From Azolla caroliniana (lineage: Eukaryota; Plantae; Polypodiophyta), in contig JBHGNT010000004.1 in NCBI GenBank assembly GCA_043228905.1, forward strand, positions 6,510,001-6,574,000: 64,000 nucleotides of DNA. Reading direction: 5' to 3'. How positions within the stretch are numbered: the first letter of the stretch is position 1; every line of letters begins with the position of its first letter. The position numbers and the translations under genes are program-made. Under the pieces are notes generated by a model. The model saw only the letters and a list, made by a program, of their open reading frames with translations, had not been told where the DNA came from and made no database searches. Below, in pieces: positions 42,660 through 57,091 of the stretch.

Positions 42660-45645
42660 AAATTTTTTGGACCTTTTCTTTTATCGTGTCTTGCTATGTG
42701 TCTGAGAAAAACACACAAAAAAAAGAAGAAGGAAAAGGAGATACAACAGGAATCAGAAACATACACATATATGCAAAGAGAGACAGAGGATAAATAGATG
42801 GATGGATGGATGGATGGATGGATGGATGGATGGATGGATGGATAGATTACACAATACAATTTCCATGGATTTGCTTGATGGAAATAAGGAAGTGAGAAGA
42901 AGGGGAAGAAGATGCATACCTTGTGGGTGAATTAAAGCATAGTGATAGAAAGCTTTGGTGAGAAGGCAGAGAAGACCCATTACAGAGACAGAGACAGAGA
43001 CAGAGACAGAGGGGGGGGATGGACTGGACTATATAGCAGCAAGGAGCTAGCTAGTGAATCATCTCAAACTATTCAGAAAAACAACACATCTGGCCCGATC
43101 CATTGAATCATTTGTTTTTCCTTTCTTTTGGGGGGGGGGGGGGGGGGCGCTCTTTGATTTCTCTCTGTTATGAACTTATGACTAATTAATTGACTGATAT
43201 AACCTATAACCTAACTGCAATCGATTAGGACAGACTCCGGTAAGAAATCGAAAATCATCGCACTATGTTTTTTTTTTTTTACCGATGACCTAATCGCTTG
43301 CTAGCAGAGAATAGTCTGACGAGCGCAGTGAAACCATCCTATAAACTCCTTCTGTTGTTGAATCGCTTTAACACCCGAAGCATTGATTCGTCGGAACACG
43401 GACTTTTCGGAGTGTCTTCTTCGATCTTCTTTTGACCCATGCCTTTTTCTTCCGTCACATGCTTCAATTGATCGGGACATGCTCGATGAAGTCGAGCCTT
43501 TTGTGGACTCGCTGTGTGTGTGACCCTTTTGTGCATCGCGTGTCTCTAGGACAGTCCCTCGCTTTCAAAGCACTTAGTGATTCGTTGCCTTTTGAATCTG
43601 GCACATCGAAACAATGCCCATGACACTTAGACCCTCGTGAATGTTTTCTAGATGTTGCATAAGACCTTTGAAAATAATGCCTAACAAGAGGGTTATCATC
43701 TCCTTAATGCATATTGAACTTTGCTAATTAGCGTATTGACATTTGTTTGACCTTATTACAACTGTCATCAACGGCTACCAATCAATGTGTAGTGTATGCT
43801 TTGTAAGTTTTGCTGTGATATAACATAATTTTTTTAATGAAAGTCAAAAGTAAGGTTTAAGATAAAATCCTCGCCTATTCTCGTCGTTTTACTATCATGA
43901 AAAATACGTGAACTGGTGTATATCTCTTGTGTGATGTAGAATCCAAGATGTTGTGCATCAAAGAATTTGATCAATATGTAGTGTGCATGTTGATTCATGT
44001 AGACTTCGAACTCAAAAAAAAGTTGGCTCTAGGTGAAGGGTTAGATGGTCCAACCCAAATTGTGTGGAAAATGACAACTTGTGGCAAACATTGGGTCATA
44101 AAGTTGATGATGTTCGAAGCATTTAACAAGTTGTAGTCAAATCTAAATAATTCTCTCGTGCTCTATAGGGCACTTTGAGGACCATTTTCTTCCACAATTA
44201 TTTGGCAATCATTTGAGGACCACTTTGAATTTGATATTACACGTTTTCCCAATTGGTTGGAGGTTGTGCTTGGCTCCACACCAAGCGATGAGCCTTTTCA
44301 CACCCACCCACAAACCTTTATACCCACCATTCATAGCTCATCCCTGTAGCACGACAATCATATACCAAGAGGAATTACAAACAAGTGACCATTGGTTCAC
44401 AGAGAAGCACTAGAAAACACGCCTCGAACTATTAAATAAAACAACACCTTTTTCTTTGTCATAAAACAACTGAAAAGGGCCTATAAACGTGTCAATCATT
44501 TAGAGGTTCAAATTGCTTTACTTTCGAATACGTAACCTAAAGGATGGGATCACCATCACCACTTTCCATGTCAATCAATGAGGATTAGTAGAGTTGGGAG
44601 TCCAAGAGTAATTCCATCCCAATTTGAGAATAGAAGAGAGATATTTGTAAGTGAAATGACAATGTGGTCCACTTGCAACCATGTGATGTGTCGTAACACA
44701 AATGATAGGTTTAAGCAAACATAAAGTTGACCAATTAGCAATGGCAAGATACCATGTACTATATATACATACATTATATGAAGTGCCTAAATGCAAAAGA
44801 CCTACCAAACAAAATCTAGCGACCATGGCTTGTTGACATTTTTAGGATTGGCCAGAGGGCAATATGGTTTTCAACACACACACACACACACACGTTCTTC
44901 TAGTTGTTAACCTTTAGCTTCTATTTTTTGTAAAAAACAATATATATGTATTTATAATTTTTATTTTTTTTGATGCTTGTTGATTGCATCCCAAAAAAAT
45001 GGTAAATTGGCATTATCCATGTTATAATGAGTAAGTTCAAAGTCGAGGAGAAATATGATTTGATGTATATTTAGTTTAGTATTGTTACATGCAAGATTTG
45101 ATTAGTTTTTTGCTTGAAAGTCTAAATTTGAAAGGAATTGGGCAAGGTCTTAAAAAGCAAGGAACCGAAGCCTGGATACCACCAACATGTTTATCCATGT
45201 CATCGTTGGTTGGACAAAATGTCTAATTCTCTTCCACGATGCACGCAAATGCACCTTCAACATGCACATGGCACCCACAACCTTGCTTCGAATGTTTATT
45301 GGCTAGAGAAAGGCTTTGTTCATAGCTTGGAGGCTTCATGCAGAGGGTTTTCTACTGGCAACGCTTTTGTGGGCAGTTTTGAAGGTCCGAAAGTGCCAAA
45401 AGTTTAGCTTTCTTGAAGAAGAGCGTCGGGGCTTCAAGCAAACTATCAATTCGAGGTGGGAGAGGTTGGTTCAAAGAAGGCTCCGAGAGGTTGTTTTGCT
45501 TTGTTTTATGGACGGACAAATGATTGAGATGTTGAGCGGTGGAGGGGAGCACGACCATTAGTCATTGGCCCCACTACCATCTTATTTGTCGGTGTATAGC
45601 CAATAATTGCCTTCTTCTTCTCCTTCTTCTTGTTTGTCCGTTGCC

Positions 45646-45878
45646 TAGGAATTAGCAACAATTCAGTTTTTGCTTTACCGGTTTGGCCGAAAACGGGTTG
45701 GTTAAGCTCGAGCCATCCCAAACCGAGCTCAAACTGGTTAAGGAATCACCAACGGTTCGGCTTCCGGTTGACCAATTTGGCCCAAAACGGTTTGGTTAAG
45801 CTTGAGCCATCCCAAACCGAGATCAAACCGGTTAAGGATGCTCAAACCTGAACCGAACCAAACCATTGCCTACTCCTA
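45646..45878. mobile_element. hAT-type MITE of the TAGGAAT family
   Basis: Ends TAGGAATTAGCAA / TTGCCTACTCCTA. The internal sequence is similar to 16514-16782. The TSD is degenerate. Confidence 0.65.
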
Positions 45879-45907
45879 CCTGTTGGCTATATGTTACCAT
45901 TGACCAA

Positions 45908-46038
45908 AGGGTTTTAGGGTTCATGGCAGGGGTTTAGGGTTTGATGTGTTCCTAAGGGTTTAGGGTTTTATGTGTTCCTAAGGGTTTAGGGTTTTATGTG
46001 TTCCTAAGGGTTTAGGGTTTTATATGATCCTAGGGTTT
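45908..46038. repeat. 26-bp tandem repeat built from telomeric TTTAGGG/telo-box motifs
   Basis: AGGGTTTAGGGTTTTATGTGTTCCTA repeated about 4 times, ending about 60 bp upstream of the CCR4-like ATG. Confidence 0.85.
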
Positions 46039-46094
46039 CAGGGGCCTCACTGTTTAAAGTCAAGCTGTGGGAACAGAGATCAGAGAAAGAGAGG

Positions 46095-47895
46095 ATGTGG
46101 CTTCGATCCACCATCGCCGTCATCGTCATCTCTAAGGATGGCCAAGCTCGCCAAATGGTGCCAACTACTCAGTCTCCATCTCTATCTCTGTGCTGTAGGA
46201 CCTGCATTTTAGGGTTTTCATTTTAGTTTTCTAAATTTTTTTACTCACATCTGTTTTCACCGTCTGTCCGTGCAGTCGGCTCTATCCAAGAGGATGCGGA
46301 GCGATTTCTCATCCTATTCCTCCTCCGCAGCTGATGATGGCGATGATCTGAGGAACCCCAGTTTCTCGGCAACAGAATGTATGCAGGGACTAGCCCAGAA
46401 ACGCAGCCAACAAATCGATTTTGAACTCCAAGATTACATTCAAGTCTCTGGTTCATCATCCCCATCACCTTCATCTTCTCCTTCAACCGTTTCAAACAAA
46501 TTGTCATCATCTTCATCATCGTCTTCAACTTCAACTTCTTCTCTGTCATATTCTGCTCAATCTCATGGTAAAGAAGAGACAGAAAACTTCTTCTCGAGGA
46601 CATGGACGAATATCAAGAAGACTCGGCCATCAGTACTGCACGACCCTTCTCCTAAGATAAGAAACAGAGAGAGAACCAGACAGAGTCTTCAAGATTCTCA
46701 AGCAAATCGTTCTATTGATTCTGATTCTGTAGTTTCTCGTGACCTTCCTTCTCATCCCCGCGTTTGGAAACGAGCACTTCAGACAGAAAATTGTCAAGGT
46801 TAGCTAACAATTCATTTGCATTGAAAAATTTAGATATTTCTTCATGCCTTCTCTTTGGAAGTTGTGGAGAATAAGTTTGATCCATCAGACAGTTGTCTTT
46901 TTTTGTTCTCTCGGGTTTATATTGTCTGAATTGTCATTGGGTACATGTTCATTTCAATGATAATAAATATCTCCATGCAGAGAAAGTGTGCTTCTCAAGG
47001 CTAGCTACCATTTTTGCATTCAAGTTTATGCATTCATCTAAGCAGCAATAATTGTTAGAGAACTTTGATTTATTGTATAGATATTTCTAGGAAAAACACC
47101 AAGATACCCATAATGACCAGAATATCCCTATGACATTTGAAAAAACAACACTCTGGAGTGTTTAAAAATTGGCCAAAATATTACCGTTTTCAATTAACTC
47201 AGGCAAATACTCTAATCATTATGACTTACAATAATATTATTGTGAGTAGTATTGTGGGCTCTAATCATCACTCATAATTGTCTGGCTAGGGGTGTTTTCT
47301 GGGCTATGTAAGAAATGTTTAGCAATTGCTTCAGGAAACCTCCAAAGACTATAGGATAGTAAAAAAATACAATTTTAGAGATGCAATGCAATAAATCTAA
47401 GGAGAGTAATGTTTTATAGAGTAATAACTTTTGTGTTCATTTGTTTGATGTTAAGATTCATCGGTGGAAATATTCTTGGATCAGCTTCAATGTTCTAAAC
47501 GCTTAGTTGATGAGCCTTTTTATTATACAGAAAGTTTTGTCATCACATCATTCAATGTTCTAGCTTCAACTTATGCTAATCAACATAGATCACTATATCC
47601 ATATGTTCCGGATGTTCTTCTTTCCTGGGGTAGCAGGAAGATGAGAATTCTTCAGGAATTGGATTTTGCTTCCCCAGATATAATTTGCCTGCAGGTGCAA
47701 TGATAATTTTTCTACTGTCGTCTGTCTTTCACTATATCAATTATTGACATCAGGTTTATCATTTGCTGGGTAGGAAGTTGACAGATTTAGAGATTTGGCA
47801 GAAGAATTAACATCAAGAGGATATGTTGGATTGTTCAAGGTTTGCATTCCCATTTGACCCAAACAGAGGAAGTCCAAATTGTTTTAGTTTAGTTG

Positions 47896-47940
<45 letters not shown>

Positions 47941-50900
47941 AAAGATGTAGTCCACACTATGGAGAGTATCAGAAGTTCATAGTCTTGACTTTAGTATTTA
48001 ATGCAGTTGCGAACTGGAGCCATGCCAGATGGCTGTGCTATATTTTGGAGGAAAGCGAGGTAACATTTCTGAAGAGTAGATCAGGAGGATGAGCGAAATT
48101 TGCTATCTGACTGGAGCACTTATTTGCGTTCAGTATTTTGACTTTGTCATTACTTAGCATAACTGTGGTTATAAATATTTGCCACTATTGGAATGCATAG
48201 TGATAATAATGCATAATTGGTCTGTTATGATGTTGACAATGATGTTTACTCTTCTCTTCTTTAGCATTGATAGATAAGATCTGTGTAGTTCAATGTTGGG
48301 GCTTAGATTTTGCATCTTTACTGTTCTGAAGGACAAGATATCTTTGTCATATAAACTGAAGATATGAAAGTTTTTGACATGTGGAAGCTTAGGATTGTTT
48401 GCAATTAGGAAATGCAGTATTTAGGGTCAGGATAATGTGAATAAAGAACTGCAGTATTTTGTAATCGTATACCCTTGATATAATTTCAGGTTTCAGTTGC
48501 TACAAGAGAGGAGTTTTGAATTTTCTATGCTGGGCATGAGGAACAATGTTGCACAATTGTGTGTTCTAGAGGTAAGCCAATTATTATTTTCTTGATTATC
48601 ATCTACTTGGTTTCACCAATTAAATATATATTCATTCATTTTCCAGCTGGTTAAGCCTGGGATTATAAATGCCCAAAGCTCTGTACTCAGGATGGCAGAG
48701 AGCATCCATAATCGTCGTCTGATAGTTGGAAACATACATGTACTTTTCAATCCCAAGAGAGGTGAAATAAAACTTGGTCAGGTGAAATTTTTTAAACTCT
48801 AATTGCATCCCTGATGCAGTATATGTCTTCATTCTCTGTATGGATACTGCATAATGCGATTCAAGATTTCTTATTCAAACTTTTTTCTTTGTTGAACAGT
48901 GTCGTGCCTTTTTGGAGCAAGTTCATAACATGTCCAGTGTCTGGCAAGGGGCTCCTGTTGTTATTGGTGGTGATTTCAACAGCACACCATCAGTAGGTCT
49001 TTTAATCCTCTATGATCAAATAATACTGTCTTTGTGAATTGGAACATAGGGCCCTCATATTCCTTTGTGGTGAATATATATGGACATCGACAATTTGTGT
49101 AGAGTGTCTCTCTGAAATAAAGTTTGACATTAGCGAAATGAGTACATGTGATTGGAAAGTTCCCTGTAGACTTTCTAACTAGTTTTAAATGTTGGGTTTG
49201 ACATTAGCTAAATGAGTACATGTGATTGGAAAGTTCCCTATAGACATTCAATTAGTTTTAAATGGCGGAGTTTGATCAAGACGAATTTCCAAGTCAAGTT
49301 TTCTCCATATTAACCAGATGAAATACCTCCTGAATGTAACTGCCCCTAACTGACATTGGTAGTACCTCTCTTATATGCCTAAATGTCTGTAGATACATAA
49401 TAGCATGCTTGTTGTGGTCTGGGTAGCTACTTTTTAAGTGCTCACATTCATCCTCAAATCTAAAGTTAAAGTTTGTGATTGATTTGTTTTCCATTTAATG
49501 CACAGAGTGCAGTGTACAAATTTCTTGCAACATCTACGGTACAATTTACCAACATAAAGCTATCCACAGATTTATTTGGCAAGCTAGTGTTACACTCTTT
49601 ATAATTCTTGCTAGCTAGTGTTACAGCTAGATTTGTCAAATTTGGATCGTAGATATCTATCAGGGCAAGCTGTGGAGACAGCAGTTGATTACAAGCTGTT
49701 ACGGTAACTTTATATCTCGTTTTTCCATTTGTAGTGAACTAAAATTGTCCCCAGGTGTATCTCTTACTTGTTGGTGTAAGTTTTAAAACTATTTGTGTTT
49801 TTAACCTTAGGAAGGCGTCATTGCAACATGAACACTTGAAAGAGTCACATGAAATTTCTTTAAGATCTCATGGAACCACACAAATCGAAGAAAACGAGCT
49901 CTCAATACAGAACGAGGTGGGTTCTTTTTACGGATGTAAATGTACTTAAGATTACTGTATTTGAAAAATCTAAAGGTAGCATCTTGATTCTTCTTTTGAT
50001 AGAGGGCTGGTGAATGGTTTACAAGTGTAGCTTCCACACTGTCTGCCAAATCAGGAAGAGGTATTGTTAGATAAATTTTAGTGACACCCTATTTGTTGAC
50101 GTAGCTACTATTGTGCTAACCTAAGTGTTCTAGTACATAATATAACTCAGAAGAATTGGACGTCTCAGATGGTAACTTGGAGAACTGTAATCAGAGCGAG
50201 GGTAGATCAATGAAATCCTCTGTAAAGCATACAGAGATAAAATTGGAAGAATCACATTACTCTGCATCAAGTGGTTCAGAACATCTTGTAGCAGGAAGAT
50301 GCAACCTATCAATTACCGAATCAAACATTCAACAAGGAAAATGTAGTCAATGGGCGACGTCTGATTATACAGATACACACTCCACAGATAATAAATATTG
50401 TTCTCTTGCATCTGGAGTTTCCGAGGATGATGTAAGGGTTCAAGAAAAACCCAAATGGGAATTGGAAGAGTTGAGGGTGGCCACTGGAAAGATTGATTGC
50501 ACAGTGATGCATCATAATCTGAACCTTTGCAGTGTGTACTCAGAAGTTCCGGTATATATATATATGTATTTGGGTTTCTTTTCTTAGATTGCTTGTATGT
50601 AATTTTATTTGATATTCTTTCCTTTTGTTATGATCAATGAATCATATAGGGGCAACCTAATACACGTGATGCCATTGGGGAACCCCTCCTAACTACTTGC
50701 CATAAGGAGTTTACAGGAACTGTGGACTACATTTGGTAAGTAAACTCCGGGTAGTTTTTTTTTTGTGATATCAACTTCAAGCCAAGTTAGATAATTGTTT
50801 CTGCTAATGGCCACAAGTCCACATGAATATTTTTTGTGGCATGTTTGTACAAGCTTCAAATGTCTTCTTAAATAGGTATAGAACAGTTTTTGCATGTCTC

Positions 50901-51846
50901 CTATACATCTCTTGAGAACCTTTGGCTTATGGGCTCTTCTTGGTGTCCCCTTGTTATGAAACTTCTCATGTGCACATGTTCATATGTGAGCTCCTTACAT
51001 GCAAATAGAAATGTGTATGGGCATGATTGAAGTAGGTTCTAAATTTTTGGCCATTGATAGGCCATTGCAAGCATTTCTCAATGTATGTGATTGTAGATGG
51101 ATATATGTAACTTGTTAAGTGGTGATGTCTTAATGTTTGAACATGTAATCTTCTTTTGTAGCATGGAAAAAGTATAGTCAAATGATGCCCAGAATGTGAA
51201 ATGCGCGATTTTTAAGGTATCCTGGTATTAGTGATGACTTACTGATATAATAAATTGATATCATCATAGACGTTGGATGGTAGATCATTCTGATAGCCTT
51301 TACAAAGGCATGCCATGAGAGTGTACTCGTGATGCTGTCTTGTTGAAGTAGAGATAAGCAGGGAGTGTTATCTATGTGGTGATGTCTGGGTTGCAGATGC
51401 CTGATTCTCTTGTCATGGGTTTTAATGTTCACCCTGAACTATTATGTAGTATATGTGAAGAAAAATGCAGAATAAAGATGGATACTGAGTGAAATGGAGA
51501 AAGATTACAATGTTTTTAACAGGATGATATTCAACTCTGGTTATCTACATGATATGAACAAATTTTATCATCAGAATTTCCATAAAATTGTGTTTTTAGA
51601 TAACACTGTTGGAACATTTTCAGGCGCAGTGATGGACTGAAGACAATGAAGGTGCTAGACACAGTTCCATCAAATATATTTGCAAGAAATAAGGGTCTTC
51701 CTCTAAAGGTTAGAACTCTTTCTAATGTAGTTATAGATTTTGCATATATAGGCCTACAAGTAAGGTGATTTCTGTACTTGTATCAGTTGTGGGGAAGTGA
51801 TCATCTGCCTATTTCATGTGAGCTAGCATTTGCTCAGGAGATTTGA
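46095..51846 (+). CDS. CCR4/angel/nocturnin-like EEP phosphoesterase (carbon catabolite repressor 4 homolog), about 16 exons
   Basis: EEP motifs across GT-AG exons: SFNVLA, PDIICLQEVD, DGCAIFW, NIHVLFNPKRGEIKLGQ, GGDFNSTP, GEPLLTTCHKEFTGTVDYIW, WGSDHLPI. The start codon and first exon are inferred. Stop TGA at 51844-51846. Confidence 0.88.
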
Positions 51847-53039
51847 TTATCAGTACACTTTCAGAGGGAAAATTATATTTTAGAGGTATCTTAAGATGAA
51901 GGCCTGAAACCTTCCGGTGCTAGACGATCATCTATGATATGACAACTGTTGGTTGAAATTGTGTAATCATGGCCTTAGTGATCAACTGCGTTGTAGAAGC
52001 AGTTTTTACTTCTGTATTGATGTCCTCAGAATGCCATGTTACTGAAGTAACTGCAACTGCTGTATTGGATGTTTGGGGAATGTGATGGAATATTTTTATT
52101 GAAGTACAGGGCATGCAAGAGGGAGGTCTGAAATTGGAGAATATGATTATTTAGGTTATACCTTGTATCCAATTGCAGTTTCTTGTAAAAGAATTATACA
52201 TTATCAAGGTGGAATGTTGTATTTCATAAATGGATCCATCTGTCTAGAACAATAAATACTAATGGGGTGCTTCTGTATTGTGTTTACTGCCTGCCAAAAT
52301 GAGCTTTAATTAAGTTGAATATCATAGATAAGTGCGTGAAATTTAAGTTTACCCAACAATATCTGTGGAATTGCAAGATTCATCAAAATTGCGAACTTCA
52401 ATCATGTCAGAATTGTGATATGGTTTCAATGTACTTCAACACATCAGTAACAGTTATTTTCAATAGAGCTACTATGCATGATCAACCAGGATGTACTACT
52501 ATGTTTTCTTATGTTTATGTAAGGGTTATAGAAGAGAAACTTAACATTGAGACTAACAATAGGTTTGAGCAAAACAGTCACATGGTAGTGCGGCAGATAT
52601 ATGTGTGTGGGTGAACCATTGGGGTTATGTTCCACAAGATGATGATTGAGAAGGGAAGATGTGATAAACTAAGATAAATTTTTGCAGATTTTAATATACA
52701 AACAATTGTATTTGACTTTACTGTTCTTAATAAATCTTAATGCATATCAAGTTTGATAGGTTTTTAAACAATAGGTGTTAAGGCATTACATGACAACCAT
52801 GATGTTATGGTCGAATCAGTCAAACTTTGCAGTTTGTCCACTAGTATTGTCGACAACATTTGAAGAGTGAAAAATAAACTACAGATAACACAAGGGCAAT
52901 TAATATATCAAGAGCATGAAAATTGTGACTTTCAAAGTCGATGAAACTCATGTCAACAGCGAATAATCAAAACATAAGTAATTAAAAAACGAAAATCCTG
53001 CCTCTTCACTTTCGTCCAACACATTATAAACCACTCATT

Positions 53040-53501
53040 TAACAATCGGCAACGGTTCAGTTTGGTTTGAGAGGGTCCAAACTGTTTAAATGTTTTAAAA
53101 CTTGAACTGAACTGAACCACGAAACCGTTAAACCAAACCGGTAAACATTATTCAAAACGTTAAACCATTAAACCATAAAAACCGCAGTTTCATGGTTCGG
53201 TTTCGGTTTTCAACATAGGTCAAAATTTTAATTTTCTAAAATTTATAATATTTTATTTTAAATTTAAAGATGTTCCTAAAATGTGAGAATAAGGTCTAAA
53301 AATGAAAAGATTGTTTAAAAACAAAATTTTAAAATTTTAGATATTTTGGAAATTTTAGAAAAAAAAAACAAAAAACTGTTTAACCGTTTAAACCGCGGGG
53401 TTTGACTGTTGAAACCAAACCGAACTGTTAATAAAAACCTAAACCTGAACCAAGCCATTAAACCACGATTTCGCGGTTTGGTGAACCCTTGCTGATTGTT
53501 A
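53040..53501. mobile_element. hAT-type MITE with perfect 8-bp TSD
   Basis: TIRs TAACAATCGGCAA / TTGCTGATTGTTA, flanked by CACTCATT on both sides. Confidence 0.9.
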
Positions 53502-56500
53502 CACTCATTTACCAATCCTAATTCAAAAGAATAAAAGAGCCAATGTGAATGGTATCAAAGAGGCACAATGCAAGCTGCATTTGATTAATGAAGGCGTCCA
53601 CCAAAATATATACGCTCTACATAACTAATTATGAAGCTAGAGCTGCTAATTTTATTTTCTTCTAATTAAATGGCAATATCTTCATTTTCTCTATTTTTGG
53701 CCCAATTTATATTGATTCTTTGTTGTTGCCATGATCCTTGAAACTAGAATTAGCAAGCAAACCGAGGAAGATAACAAAATGCCAAAGGTACACCTCGTGT
53801 CTATCTTCAACCAAACAAGAATTAAGGGTAGCAAGGAGATCTGTTAAATGGAAGGTTTAGAGCATGCTTCTGCATTCGGCTGCAATCTGCATCCGTAGAT
53901 CAATGTAGACCTGTTAACATTTCTACTCTTGTATGAGCAATTGCATCCCTTCTTCAAGGATTTGTATCAAGTACACAGCTCACATCATAATTTATCTATT
54001 CTTCAAAGCTCTGACCTACAGACACCATGTGTAGGGTTTGAAGAAATATATGCAACTCCAATTCTCCTCTTCTAAACAAGTACATCTCTCTCACATTCTA
54101 GATGCATGCATCCTCTCTTCACTTTTTCATGTGAATATGATAATGTAGACATTTAACATTGAGGGGTTTCAGAAGCAAGAGAACAAGGAAGATGGGAGGT
54201 CTCAATGATAGGGGCATCACATGTACTTAGATGAAAGTAATAATAACATATCTTTGACAAAGGCATTCGAGAGTTCAGAATCAGACAATGCACATCAAGA
54301 TGGAACATATTCATAAAAAAGAATTCGCTTCTAATCCAACAATAGGTTTTTTTATGAATTTGAATGATTGGTTAAGGCAATTTTGATATCCATGTTTTAT
54401 TTATTTAGTTTTAAAACAGTATCACACTATTACATTTGAGATATATAGAGAAACCAAACACCTTTTGTGATGAAAGAAGCAATGAAAGGTCATTACCAAT
54501 AATAGTGTTTATTGAAAACAAAATGGGTTGATAACAAGCTTTCCCTTCTAAAAAACTGCTCTGTATCTTCTACCTTAAACCCTCCTACATTTTTGCCTAA
54601 GCCCATGCTTCTTGAAATAATGTTGCTCAATTTCAGCCTTCCAAACAAACCTGTGTAATTTAAATCATCTCTCTAAAGCTATACACATGCCAGTTTTTAT
54701 GACCCATAAGACCTCGGACACACTTGAAAAATTGATGTGGGTCATTAACCCATTATCACATTTTGTTGGGAAACATTCCTAACACAAATGTAATAGTATC
54801 AATTGCTTCACCTAGTCTGGCTACCAGGTTATATGATGATAAAAGATGTTCACTGGGTAAAGACTCTAAGCACAAGTTAGTTTAGGGTTGACATCTGCAC
54901 ACCAGGTTAGGTTAAAACTGGTCGAGCTACATATTGGTTTAGGGTTAGAATTGGAAACAACTATCATATCAGCTTCGACGCTTGTCATCGATTTCAAAAA
55001 GGGAGTTTCAAATATGTAACCATTAAGGAACCAACCCATTTATGATAACATGATTTCCCCTGATCCTAAACATCATATGCTTGTTAGATAATCGCACTTC
55101 ACTTTGCAAGTGAAAGAACGCTATTGTTGGGACAGATTTTCAAAAGAACATTCCAATTTCTTACACAAAATAAGTAATTTGGCTAGATATTAAACACAAA
55201 GCCGAGTATAAAAACATTCAATATAGAATTACTGTATCTATGTACCACAAAGAGGCTATAAGAAGCCTTCCACGTTTGAAAATGTGTAACATCAGCACAT
55301 TTCCATAATATCAGCATAACATGCTAGCCAAATCATCTGAATGCCAGAATGCATCGCTAGAATTTCAAATGATGATTCTGAATTTCACAGGCAAACAATC
55401 TTATAAGATATGAGCACAAAACACTGCGGCATTGAAAAAGTAAGGAAGGAGCTGTAAATTCTCATTCATTTTCAGGAACAAAACAATTATTCTAATCCTA
55501 AACATGATATCTTTGTTAGTTTCTCTAAGGCTTTACAAGTTGATAAAAGATTTCCATGGCCAGAATTTAATAGCACTAGTAATTGCAACTAGATAGTAAT
55601 CAGACAATGCAAAGGCACTCATCTGGGAAGTACTCTTGCTGTAATGACATAAATAATTGCAAATAGATAGTAATCAAACAATGCATTGGCACTAAGTTCA
55701 GAGTTCACTTGCTGTAATGTGTAGGAGAGCTTGCTCATTTTTCCTGACCTCATGAAAATGCTTGAAAAAGTTCAAGGTTATCCTGTGAATGGAAAGCAAC
55801 ACAGACTTTCACAAGATGATTACCATTCCCAACGCAGATTTTCACAAGATGATTACCATTTGTAACTATTAGCGTACTATATTTTTTCCAAGAAAACAAT
55901 ATTTCTCCTAATCCCACACAAGATGATATGCTTTCCGAGTCTTAAGAGTACAAAGGAATTAAAGAAGAAAAAGGCATTGCTGATAAAGATATATCTGATA
56001 TGGTGGAGAACTATACAAAGCCTTAATCAAAATTGGGAATATTTGGGTCATTTCCCTAAACATGACGTACTTTCAAATAAAAACAATACTTGTTTTTCAC
56101 CTATAATCAAAGCGAAAGGAATAAAACAACAGAAACTTTCCGACAGGAGAAGTAAAAGGTCACAAGAGTTAGTATGCGTCAAAAGAAGAAGAAACAAGTG
56201 TATGAATTGCCTTAATCTCTTTCATTTTGGCACTAAAAAGCAAAGGATTGATTCAGCAAAGGAAAGAAAGAAAAACATGATATGAAAGTTACTACACAAA
56301 AGATGATGAAGAAGCAAAATAACCAGTGTATAAATCCTCCCAAAACCTCATTTAACACAGAAAACAAGTCTTTTTCAGCTAATGTATGAGCAGACGAGGA
56401 CCAATTCGGCAAGGGGAGGCGATGAAGAGTTTTTACAGTTGTCTGTATGTAAATTCCAGAATTTCCATGGTTTTTCAGCATACAAAGGATGGGTAATTCT

Positions 56501-56641
56501 TGACAAGTTATTAAACAGAAAGGGGTTTGATTTGAGCAAGGAAAAGGCAAAAAGAAAAGAAAAAAAAGGAAAGATCTGACAGTTACCGATGCAGGAGAAG
56601 GGAGAGTGTAGAAAATATTGCTTGAGCAAGCTATCACTCCT

Positions 56642-57091
56642 TCATTTCTGGAGCACTTTGACGACCTCGATACCCATGGAGCGGGCAGTTCCCATGATGG
56701 ATTTACAGATGGCTTCGAGGGAGAGGTACTGGGCGAGGGGGTCAGCCTGCTTGATCTTGGCGATCTCGAAGACATGTTTCATGGTGACTTGACCGACAAG
56801 CTGGTGGCCAGGCTTGCGACTGGCGAGCTGGAGGCCGGCGGCTTTCTTGAGGAAGTAAGAGACGGTGGGGGACTTGACAGTGAACTCGAAGCTGTTGTCT
56901 TTGTAGGCGGTGATGATGACGGACATGGGGACATCAGGTTTGATGTGCTGCGTGCGGGCATTGAAGTCCTTGCAGAAGGCCATTATGTTGAGGCGGTGCT
57001 GCCCCAGGGCCGGCCCCACGGGGGCCACGGCTTTGGCTTGCCCCGCCATGACTGTCAGACGGATGAGAGCAGAGACTTGCCTCTCCGCCAT
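56642..57091 (-). CDS. RPL11: Mitochondrial 50S ribosomal protein L11 (uL11m), intronless CDS
   Basis: IRLTVMAGQAKAVAPVGPALGQHRLNIMAFCKDFNART...FEFTVKSPTVSYFLKKAAG...SIMGTARSMGIEVV. ATG at 57091. Confidence 0.93.
   Translation of the reverse strand: MAERQVSALIRLTVMAGQAKAVAPVGPALGQHRLNIMAFCKDFNARTQHIKPDVPMSVIITAYKDNSFEFTVKSPTVSYFLKKAAGLQLASRKPGHQLVGQVTMKHVFEIAKIKQADPLAQYLSLEAICKSIMGTARSMGIEVVKVLQK

Noticed and set aside
43305-43345. Hammerhead-ribozyme-like core CTGACGA...GAAAC
   Set aside because: No complementary strands for helices I and III and no properly placed NUH cleavage triplet could be found.
56642-57091. Intronless GC-rich RPL11 as a retrogene or bacterial HGT
   Set aside because: The sequence fits plant nuclear-encoded mitochondrial uL11, it has a normal CT-rich leader, and no poly(A) or TSD scar is visible.
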